A stretch of DNA of 64,000 bases. It comes from Macrostomum lignano (taxonomy: Eukaryota). The position numbers and the translations under genes were made by a program. The notes below the pieces were generated by a model. The model did no database searches. It worked only from the letters and a program-made list of their open reading frames with translations, and was not told where the DNA came from. Of the stretch, positions 1-12,557 are shown piece by piece. Numbering within the stretch: the stretch's first letter is position 1; each line of letters begins with the position of its first letter. The stretch covers positions 560,595-624,594 of the forward strand of contig NIVC01000414.1 in the NCBI GenBank assembly GCA_002269645.1. The letters are read 5' to 3'.

Positions 1-1554
1 TTAACAACAACAACAACTTATGTGACTTTAAAGCTCCCCTCACAAAAGCTTTAAAACTAGCAACATTTATTTATTTCTAAAAGAATCTATTGCTCTACCT
101 CCACTTATCAAATCAATAGCTCTAGTAGGCTTTTAAGTTTTAGGTTTCCCAAGTTATTGAGTGGTCTAGATCCCTATTGGAATAAGTGTAGAAAACCTAT
201 AGATATATGACATGGGGTCTAAAATTGTAGCTCAAAAATACAACACAAAGCAAAACATGTTAACCTTTGCACCAAATATAGGTGTAGTACTAATTAGATG
301 ATGATGCATTTAGCCTTTATAAGACAGTCATAGTTACTCTTGCCGTTTACCCAAAACCATCTGCTTCAACTCTAGCTGCAACATGTCACTAGAAAATTCC
401 AAAAATTTTTAAGATCCAAGATTTTCCAAGATGGTTGAACATCTTTTTCCACTTATTCCAATAAAGGTCTAGATCATGCTTGGGCACAATCTAGGGATTC
501 ACCTGGCCATTTCTATTGGCAACACACACATGTAAGTCACTATTGGATAGAATAGTAGTCACATGACTGTTCTCAGCCAATAGCGACTTACATGTATGTG
601 ATACCAATAGAAACAGCCAAGTGATTCCCAAGGTTGCGCATGTCTGGTCTATATCTCTTTTATAGAGTATAGCTCTATATTTTAGATTAAAAAATCTTCA
701 AATTTCAAAAAAATTATTTGATATTTTCATTCAAACAAAAATCATTCAATTTGGCTTTAGGATTTTCTTTCAAATTTAATATTATTATTGTTCCCACTAA
801 TTGCTAATTCTAATAGGTGTGAAGGTATTTAAAATCCAATGTATCTAAATGAAAGTTAGGATGCTATAGCACCTATATACTACAAAAACCTAGCTCCAAT
901 AAGTTAGCAGTGAAGGATAGCCTTAACATAATCCCTAGAGTGAAAACCAATACAATGTTTTATTAGTAAATTTTTCAAGAAATCACAAAAGCTATTATGT
1001 AGTACATAGCTATTATTTATTTATTATATCTTAGCCTATACATTGTTATGTTGGAGACCTAACTATGTTATGAATCAATAATCATGGATGGTAATGCTCA
1101 GTCTTACTATTGATTGACACAAACTGATAGTAACAAATGAAGTTATTGTAGCTATTAAACCTATGTTTTATTTAATAAAGAGCATATATTTCACATATAA
1201 AAGAACACCATTTATTATGAACACCACTGTGTGTGTTCTCTTATGCAACCCCTTCAAAATGCTTACATTGTCAGATAATGTCATTCCAAGACTTAATTCT
1301 GGCTGGTTTTTGCTCATGCATAATCTAAATTAATTTGGTATTACATTTAGTTGAATACTTAATTTACATAAAGACATACTATTTAAAGTGAAAGCAGACT
1401 TTTAAGGCAGCCTGCACTCACCATTTACAAAGCACTTTAAAATCAAATAAAATCAAGTATCCATATAAGTATTATTAGCTAAGTATAGTTAACTAAAATG
1501 TTTAAGGCCATAGTTCCCATAATAGTCCCTTAAAAAAGATTCAAACTTGATTGC

Positions 1555-4500
1555 ATGCAGCTCATTGTAAGCGACTCGGGACCCGCCGGGGGCAGCCAAA
1601 CCAGCTGCTACGATTTACAAAGCGGCACCCAACTGAATCAGTGCCGTCAGACTGAGCCACCGGTGCCTGGCAGTTTGTGCTGTGCAGCAGACTATGGCAC
1701 CGTGTTCTCTGCTGCTGCTGGTAAACCACTGATCTCCTGCTGGCAGATGCAGCAACAGCAGCAGCAACAGCACAGGCGAATCGTTCTTCCCAGTCAGGCC
1801 ACATCTTTGGCGTTCACTGATTGCGGCGAAATCTGTGCTGCTGCTCTGGGCGAGCGGATTCTGGTGAGGCTAGGAGGCTTGAGCAGTCTTAAATGTTGAA
1901 TTAAAAGTATGACATAGTCACAGATGCTGCGGGTAAAAGGTTAGAGTAACCTCAACGTGTTAAGACACTCAGGTGCTTCGTCATCTAATTAGTGCTACGT
2001 TATAATAATAATACGCTCGTAATTGATTACACCTGCCCCAATTGGGCAACCGACAGCTCAGCCAAAGCCATTCCACGGTGCACCTGTAGGCTGCGTATGG
2101 CTGTTTAGTCCAAGGACTGGGGGGGGGGGATTGGGGGACTCCACACACACCCTCAGTAACCCCAGCTAATGCTGGAACCCATTTTACAGCTGGGTAAACT
2201 GAATCAATTAAGCATCTTGCTCGAGGACACAAATTGTTCTGAGTGGGTCGAGAATCGAACCACCAACCTTTTAGATGGGAGTCCAACGCTCTGATCACTA
2301 GGCTGCAACCTCGAATAAATACCTGTACAAAATTATGTCATTAAAATTATTTATATTCTGTCGTCCAGCATTCGTAAACGTCATATATAATTCCATTTTA
2401 GTAGTTAAAAATATCTTGAAAACCTCAACTTGACAGTCTGCGACCCACCGTTTTACCTTTTTTAAACTTGATAATAAACTCGCCAAATTTTTCCTAATAT
2501 CTCCCAAAACCTGCCTAAAATTTCTTAAATCCTGCCTAAAATCTCCCAAATCCTACCTGAAATCTCCCAAATCCTACCTGAAATCTCCCAAATCCTACCT
2601 GAAATCTCCCAAATCCTACCTGAAATCTCCCAAATCCTACCTGAAATCTCCCAAATCCTACCTGAAATCTCCCAAATCCTACCTAAAATCTCCCAAATCC
2701 TACCTGAAATCTAAATCCTACCTAAAATCTCTCAAATCCTACTCAAAATCTCAAGACTAAAAGAAGACTCAAGAGCACATCTCACCCGCTCCCCCCTCCC
2801 TCAGGTGTGGCACGCCAGCACAGGTGACCTGCTGTCAGTGCTGTCTGGCTCACATCATCGCCGCATTCGCTGTTTGGCCTGGTCGCAGCCTCCCCACTAT
2901 CTGGCCTCATCAGGTGATGACGGTTTAGTCTGTCTGTGGGACTCCGGCTTGGCGTTGAACAGCGCCCAGCTGCAGCTGGCGGCCGGGAGCGGCGGTGCCT
3001 CCGCTCTGCGACCGCTGCACAGCTGGGTGGCTGCCATGTGCCCGGCTGTCGGCGTGCGGCCGATCGGTGCGGCTCCGCATAACTGCATGCTGGCCGCCTG
3101 GGCTGCTAATGGCCAGGTGCGAGCTGTGGGCTTTGGGGCTCTGTTTAAGGTGTTGCTCCGGTGGGTTTTTGTTGATCATAGTTGATCAAATGTTAGATCC
3201 CTGACTAGAGCCATTGCTTGGCCAGCCTCCCAGATCCTCAGTTGCTTGGCCAGCCTCCCAGATCCTCAGTTGCTTGGCCAGCCTCCCAGATCCTCAGTTG
3301 CTTGGCCAGCCTCCCAGATCCTCAGTTGCTTGGCCAGCCTCCCAGATCCTCAGTTACTTGGCCAGCCTCCCAGATCCTCAGTTGCTTGGCCAGCCTCCCA
3401 GATCCTCAGTTGCTTGGCCAGCCTCCCAGATCCTCAGTTTCTGGGTCACTGCCTCCCAGATCCTCAGTTGCTAGGCCAGCCTCCCAGATCCTCAGTTGCT
3501 TGGCCAGCCTCCCAGATCCTCAGTTGCTTGGCCAGCCTCCCAGATCCTCAGTTGCTGGGTCACTGCCTCCCAGATCCTCAGTTGCTTGGCCAGCCTCCCA
3601 GATCCTCAGTTTCTGGGTCACTGCCTCCCAGATCCTCAGTTGCTGGGCCAGCCAGCCTCCCAGATCCTCAGTTGCTTGGCCAGCCTCCCAGATCCTCAGT
3701 TGCTGGGTCACTGCCTCCCAGATCCTCAGGTGCTGGGTCACTGCCTCCCAGATCCTCAGTTGCTGGGCCAGCCTCCTAGATCCTCAGTTGCTTGGCCAGC
3801 CTCCCAGATCCTCAGTTGCTGGGCCAGCCTCCCAGATCCTCAGTTGCTTGGCCAGCCTCCCAGATCCTCAGTTGCTTGGCCAGCCTCCCAGATCCTCAGT
3901 TTCTGGGTCACTGCCTCCCAGATCCTCAGTTGCTGGGCCAGCCTCCCAGATCCTCAGTTGCTGGGTCACTGCCTCCCAGATCCTCAGTTGCTGGGTCACT
4001 GCCTCCCAGATCCTCAGTTGCTGGGTCACTGCCTCCCAGATCCTCAGTTGCTGGGTCACTGCCTCCCAGATCCTCAGTTGCTTGGTCACTGCCTCCCAGA
4101 TCCTCAGTTGCTGGGCCAGCCTCCCAGATCCTCAGTTGCTGGGCCACCAGCCTCCCATATCCTCAGTTGCTAGGTAGCCTCCCAGATCCATATATTAGAC
4201 CTTAGGGTCATAAACCCGAGTCTCTTAGAGCAGACTCAAGAGGAACGTTTAATATCGGCATCCTGAGTCCCCAAGCCATTTGCCTGCCTCCTTCATCAGG
4301 TAAGCCTGTTCTGCTGCTCCACTGGCAGCCGCCTGCTGCAGCTGCTGCTGCCGCAGCCACCCCTCAGCGGCGACGCCACCCTGACCCACGCCTACTTCGG
4401 CTGCTCAGCTGGCCTGGCCATCCGGGTCTGCATGATGAGGCCTCTGCTGCAGCAGTCGCAGTTGCAGCCTCACCAGCAGAGCCTCCAAGGCGATGCCTGC

Positions 4501-5117
4501 AGCACCGAAAGCCGCCTGGCCACCCAGCGGCTCTGGCCAGCTGAAGATGGCGACGCTGTCGCCGTCGCGATCTCGCCTTTGTCCGATCGGTTAGCCGTAG
4601 GCTCGAGCCGGGGCCGCGTGCTGATCGTGACCTGCCCGGGCCTCGCCAGCTGCTCAGCCTCAAGCACTCCGCCTGCCCCATCGCCTGCATGCTCATTGCA
4701 ACTCCCAACTTGACGGCAGCTGGTGCTCCAGCTCGGCGGCATCCTCTGATGCTGCACGGTCAGCTGAAGCGAAGCCTGCTTCAGCAGCAGCAGCAGCGAT
4801 CGTCAGCTGCCAGGACAGCCCGACTGAGGCTTGGCCGCGGCGACTTCGGCGACTCTGAACTGCTGCTGAGGTTCCCGACGATGCCGCCCGTCGAAGATGC
4901 CGAAGCTGAGGCAGTGCGGGAGCAACATGAAGAGATTCAAGATGATGTAGCAGAGGAGGCTGAGATGCGCGAGTCTGTGGTTGATGAAGAAGAGCCTGAA
5001 GCTCAGGGCGATGCGGTCAAGTCCAAATCAGCTGCGGCAGCGGCGGCAGCAGCCGAAGCCAAACGGCTGGACGATTTGAAGCGTCGGGCTCTGCAGTTGA
5101 TTTCGGGGAAAAATTAG
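1555..5117 (+). CDS. WDR18: WD40-repeat protein 18 / IPI3 homolog (Rix1 complex); exons 1555-1863, 2805-3116, 4300-5117, with an apparent -1 frameshift at ~4629
   Basis: N-terminus MQLIVSDSG...[10 protein letters not shown] resembles WDR18. WD motifs ([12 protein letters not shown]-type, [11 protein letters not shown]...[14 protein letters not shown]) span phase-0 GT-AG junctions at 1864/2804 and 3117/4299. Adding one G at 4629 (GTG GAC CTG) joins the frames into [17 protein letters not shown] and an acidic coiled C-terminus. Confidence 0.8.
2001..2311 (-). mobile_element. tRNA-derived SINE family A (CORE-like), in WDR18 intron 1
   Basis: Minus strand reads GGTTGCAGCCTAGTGATCAGAGCG (A box), GGTTCGATTC (B box), GTGTCCTCGAGCAAGATGCTT...CAGTTTACCCAGCTGTAAAATGGG (CORE-like), then a (TAT)n tail; four more copies in the window. 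Confidence 0.8.
2505..2750 (+). repeat. 21-bp minisatellite AAATCCTACCTGAAATCTCCC
   Basis: Direct tandem copies in WDR18 intron 1. Confidence 0.95.
3214..4190 (+). repeat. 28/30-bp minisatellite TTGCTTGGCCAGCCTCCCAGATCCTCAG
   Basis: Tandem array filling WDR18 intron 2; source of the repetitive ORFs in the track. Confidence 0.97.
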
Positions 5118-5212
5118 TGGGGAAACTGAAACTCTATTATAGAGTTTGTGTGTGTTAAGTTGTTGCCATGGATATACGGGGGTATAAACTTTCACACGCT
5201 CAAAATTATACA

Positions 5213-5259
5213 CAGACAGGCAGACAGACAGACAGACAGACAGACCAGACAGACAGACC

Positions 5260-5302
<43 letters not shown>

Positions 5303-5555
5303 TAGACAGACAGACGACTGACTGACTGACTGACTGACTGATTGACTAACTGACTGACTGACTGACTGACTGACTGACTGACTGACTGACTGATTGATTG
5401 ACTGACTGACTGACTGACTGACTGACTGACTGACTGACTGACTGATAGACTGACTGACTGACTGACTGACTGACTGACAGGCAGACACTGGCTGACTGAC
5501 AGACAGACAGACAGGCAGACAGACCAACAGACATGCGGACAGACAGACAGCCGAT
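5213..5555 (+). repeat. Compound (CAGA)n/(CTGA)n tetranucleotide microsatellite
   Basis: Seen directly. Confidence 0.97.
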
Positions 5556-6061
5556 TAGATAAAACTGAATGAAAAGCATGGGCCTGTAAATCCCTACACT
5601 TATTAAAACCGAATTTCTGTTCCTTTATCTATGGCATCCCCAATAAACACAAAAGTCAAATTGTGCATTTTATCTTCAACACCCTTTTGGTCTTTAAGAA
5701 GTCTTCTTCCATTTGCTGTTGCTTGATTGCCAACAACATTGTACTTGACTGCCGCTTTTACAGTAGTAGCTTGTGTTGTTGAAAAAGAATGGAAAAAATA
5801 AATTGTAGTCAAATTTCTATTAAGTGTTTTATCCTTATTTCATTTTTGTTGTAGGCGTAATCCTTAAAATGTACTTTTACCGGATTTAGTAAATGCATCG
5901 AGCTCTCGCGCCACTATGTAGATTGCCATGCGGATCACAGCCATGAGGCCCAACCTCCAAGGCACATAGAGGGTACATGCAGGATCAAGATGTACTTTAG
6001 TAGTCCTTGGTGTCAGTTGGACCTCATATAAACAAAGTACATGCTCTCCATTCCTGCCGTG

Positions 6062-6386
6062 ATGGGCCGGCGCAGAAAGGCGCGCAAGCCGCCGCCCAAA
6101 GCAAAAATGATTGTGCCGCTGGATGTGCAGTTCAACTGCCCGTTCTGCAATCACGAGAAATCTTGCGAAGTGAAACTGTGAGTTTTATCATTTTATTAAT
6201 AGTGATTGAGCTGGCAAGATGGTTTTACCCCCACCCCCAAAACTCCTCAGCAACAAGCAGGCCAGAGTGGGCAGCGTGTCCTGTCGAGTCTGTCTAGAAG
6301 ACTTCCAGACTAGCATCAACTACCTGACTGAGCCTATCGATGTCTACAGCGAATGGATTGACGCCTGCGAGGAAGCCAACGTCTGA
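6062..6386 (+). CDS. ELOF1: Transcription elongation factor 1 homolog (Elf1 zinc ribbon); exons 6062-6177 and 6251-6386
   Basis: Spliced translation [83 protein letters not shown] matches the ELOF1 pattern ([10 protein letters not shown], CxVCLE, EPxDVYSxWIDACE); GTGAG donor at 6178, CAG acceptor ending 6250. Absent from the ORF track. Confidence 0.96.
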
Positions 6387-7478
6387 TGCGTAATGCTTGT
6401 TTGACAGCTCGGATAGTCTTGCAGAAAGTACAAATACTTGATAGACTGGATTACGCCATAAAAGTACATGTACTTTATAGACATGTAAAAGTACACATTG
6501 ATTACTCCGATAGTGTCGCGTCGTTCTAAAGTACACAGGGTTGTTTGTCAGCTCATGTATCGATTTTAAAAGTACATAATGAACTGTCACCTGACAGATC
6601 AGATAGTATAATAGTAAAAGTGCACATACTTTACAGGTTTGTTAGTAAAGTACACCGACTCAAAAGCTCAGTATTCTATTAAGATTAGTGCTAAACCAAT
6701 ATTCTTAAAAAAAGACCAAACTCTTATTCTTTAATCGAGTTTTTTGAGATACTACTAAAACTCGCACTTCAAGTAGTATCTTAAATTTGCGAATATTTAC
6801 AAGTGCCTTATAAATTATTCTTCGCACAGCTTTATACTTTTTTGACACAACGAAATTTTCTATTTTATACCCCTTGTAAATTAAAATTTTTCTACTGATC
6901 ATAGAGGCTTTTTTCTGTTCTTGTTTCACGAAGCAGCTTTCGTATTTATACATGCAATGCTACGACTTCTCATAGACACTAAGTAGTACGTATCGCTATT
7001 TTTTGTCGTTTTTATCAAGTGCCTACAATTTACGGCTTAATTTTTTGATGCCATAACTGATAACAAATTTACTAAGCTTGCTAATTTAAATGTACTCTTT
7101 TTAATGCGTGCAAACATGTTGACCAGTGCGCCTAGAAAGTTGATGACTCTTCATGATTGTATAAAACTATAGAAGTACACGATATTGTTTCACTTTTTTC
7201 CTTTTTTTCTTTGCTTCTCTTAGACTAGAGTAGACGATTCTTAGGATGCTATAGATAGGATGAGCGGAGCGCCCTTTGGAAAGTTAAGGCGTTAGATTGC
7301 GTGCCTGTGTATTGGCTTACGATTGTTCATGGGTCAGTTGGATGGGCAGAATTGCTGTCAGCGCTGGGACCATGTCGCCTGCAATATATAGTGTAATATT
7401 CAACACAGAAATGAGACCCGTCAGTCTGCAAAGCAGCTCAATGCCTGCCCACCAAATTCATGTGGCGCCCTGCACAGC

Positions 7479-9368
<1,890 letters not shown>

Positions 9369-10469
9369 ATCATCATTAAAGTACATTATTTGTAGCCTGG
9401 CAGAATTACTATCTCTGCATCATCTTACTATTAGTAGTTTTCACTAGTCAAAATACTCAAGCGAGCATTAAATTGATGGGGTTTATAGGATTAAATGTTG
9501 TTTGCGCTGATTTTCCTAAATAAGGTAACAATGTTACATTTTGTATGCTAATGTAGATGTAATCTGGATATTACACAATTGATGCTGAGATCTTGAATAT
9601 TTTTTATTCCCAAATACTGACCGACTTGAGTTTTATATTGTGTTTCCCGATTATGCTGTTTTGTCTATTCTTGTGTGTATTGAATATTCTATTATTGAAT
9701 ATTCTCTCCTCTTTTTATGCACAGTATGCGTCTTTCTCTGTGCATAAGCAAGTGATTTGTCTCACTGATTGTCAACAGGTTTCAATTTAGTAAACAATTG
9801 GACTTACAGAATTCCTTACCTAAAAAAGTAGCTACGTGTGTTTCAGCTACTAACAGTAATATAAATTTTTATTAAGTTAAACGAATCCTCGGAAAGCAAT
9901 TTCTATCTACTTATCGTGATAATAGAGAAATGTTGAACAAATTATGACAATGTAATGAATGACTTAATATTCAATATTCCATTGTGTGAGTAGTTTGTGC
10001 TTTAATTATCCAATTTCGAATATGTCTTCATATTTTCTTTGTGATTCTCCTTTAACAATTGTTTAGTTTGAATATACAGTGGGTCAGGCGATTCCAGGCT
10101 CGAGTCTAGGACCAGTCTAGGGCCTAACGGTTACTCAAATGCATGGTACTTCTCTCATAATTTGTACAGTTTTTATCAGAACTTTTATTTGGGACTGCCG
10201 AGTATTGCTAAAATATTTTTATTCCGATTCTTTACGAGCGGTTATTTTGTTAATTATAACTAACTTGCTGGCACTGCAGTGTCAACTTTACTGCTCTGTA
10301 TGTATGTAATAAATTAATGTTTGAGTTTCTACTCAACTACTGTGTTCCTAGTTCTACTCATATGTTTTTATCTTTAATTAGGCATTATTTAGTTCTATTA
10401 AAGGTTTTAATAGCTTAATTACCACTAGTCCTAAAAGTACAGCTATCCAACTCTTAAAAATTGCCCCTA

Positions 10470-12541
10470 TTCTACCCTGAGAATCGCCCTTATCCTACCC
10501 TGAGAATCGCCCTTATCCTACCCTGAGAATCGCCACTATCCTACCCTGAGAATCGCCCCTATCCTACCCTGAGAATCGCCCCTATCCTACCCTGCGAATC
10601 GCCCCTATCCTACCCTGAGAATCGCCCTTATCCTACCCTGAGAATCGCCCCTATCCTACCCTGAGAATCGCCCCTATCCTACCCTGAGAATCGCCCCTAT
10701 CCTACCCTGAGAATCGCCCCTATCCTACCCTGCGAATCGCCCCTATCCTACCCTGAGAATCGCCCTTATCCTACCCTGAGAATCGTCCCTATCCTACCCT
10801 GAGAATCGCCCCTATCCTACCCTGAGAATCGCCCCTATCCTACCCTGAGAATCGCCACTATCCTACCCTGAGAATCGCACCTAGCGGCTCAAGAATCGCC
10901 CCCAGCAGCTCAAGAATCGCCCCTACCCGATCAAGGATCGGCCCTACCCGCTCAAGAATCGCCCCTACCCGCTCAAGAATCGTACCTACCAGCTCAAGAA
11001 TCGCCCCTACCCGTCAAGAATCGCCCCTACCCGTCAAGAATCGACCCTACCCGATCAAGAATCGCCCCTACCCGATCAAGAATCACCTCTACCCGATCAA
11101 GAATCGCCCCTACCCGCTCAAGGATCGCCCCTATCCGATCAAGAATCGCCCCTACCCGCTCAAGAATCGCCCCTACCCGATCAAGAATCGCCCCTACCAG
11201 CTCAAGAATCGCCCCTACCCGCTCAAGAATCGCCCCTACCAGCTCAAGAATCGCCCTTACCAGCTCAAGAATCGCCCCTACCCGCTCAAGAATCGCCCCT
11301 ACCCGATCAAGAATCGCCCCTACCCGCTCAAGAATCGCCCTTACCAGCTTAAGAATCGCCCTTACCAGCTCAAGAGTCGCCCCTACCCGATCAAGAATCG
11401 CCCCTACCCGATCAAGAATCGCCCCTACCCTATCAAGAATCGCCCCTACCCGTCAAGAATCGACGCTACCCGATCATGAATCGCCCCTACCCGATCAAGA
11501 ATCACCTCTACCCGATCAAGAATTGCCCCTACCCACTCAAAAATCGCCCCTACCCGATCAAGAATCGCCCCTACCCGCTCAAGAATCGCCCCTACCCTAT
11601 CAAGAATCGCCCCTACCCTATCAAGAATCGCCCCTACCCGCTCAAGAATCGCCTCTACCCGATCAAGAATCGCCCCTACCCGATCAAGAATCACCTCTAC
11701 CCGATCAAGAATCGCCCCTACCCACTCAAAAATCGCCCCTACCCGATCAAGAATCGCCCCTACCCTATCAAGAATCGCCCCTACCCGCTCAAGGATCGCC
11801 CCTATCCGATCAAGAATCGCCCCTACCCTATCAAGAATCGCCCCTACCCACTCAAGAATCGCCCCTACCCACTCAAGAATCGCCCTACCCGATCAAGAAT
11901 CGCCCCTACCCTATCAAGAATCGCCCCTACCCGCTCAAGAATCGCCCCTACCCGATCAAGAATCGCCCCTACCAGCTCAAGAATCGCCCCTACCCGATCA
12001 AGAATCGCCCCTACCCGATCAAGAATTGCCCCTACCCTATCAAGAATCGCCCCTACCCGCTCAAGAATCGCCCCTACCCGATCAAGAATCGCCCCTACCC
12101 ACTCAAGAATCGCCCCTACCCTATCAAGAATCGCCCCTACCCGATCAAGAATCGCCCCTACCCGATCAAGAATCACCTCTACCCGATCAAGAATCGCCCC
12201 TACCCACTCAAAAATCGCCCCTACCCGATTAAGAATCGCCCCTACCCTATCAAGAATCGCCCCTACCAGCTCAAGAATCGCCCCTACCCGCTCAAGAATC
12301 GCCCCTACCCACTCAAAAATCGCCCCTACCCGATCAAGAATCGCCCCTACCCGATCAAGAATTGCCCCTACCCTATCAAGAATCGCCCTTACCCACTCAA
12401 GAATCGCCCCTACCCGATCAAGAATCGCCCCTACCCTATCAAGAATCGCCCCTACCCGCTCAAGAATCGCCTCTACCCTATCAAGAATCGCCCCTACCCG
12501 CTCAAGAATCGCCTCTACCCTATCAAGAATCGCCCCTACCC
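10470..12541 (+). repeat. ~2-kb compound minisatellite: 23-bp CTACCCTGAGAATCGCCCCTATC, then 21-bp AAGAATCGCCCCTACCCGATC
   Basis: Tandem units; transition from 23-mer to 21-mer at ~10870-10930; ends just upstream of the CC2D1 ATG. Confidence 0.97.
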
Positions 12542-12557
12542 GCCTGCCGCCTGCAGC

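Noticed and set aside
3214-4205. Long overlapping ORFs ([11 protein letters not shown] repeats)
   Set aside because: Translation of a stop-free 28/30-bp intronic minisatellite
6705-6953. Lys-rich 82-aa minus-strand ORF
   Set aside because: AT-rich, no motif or splice support
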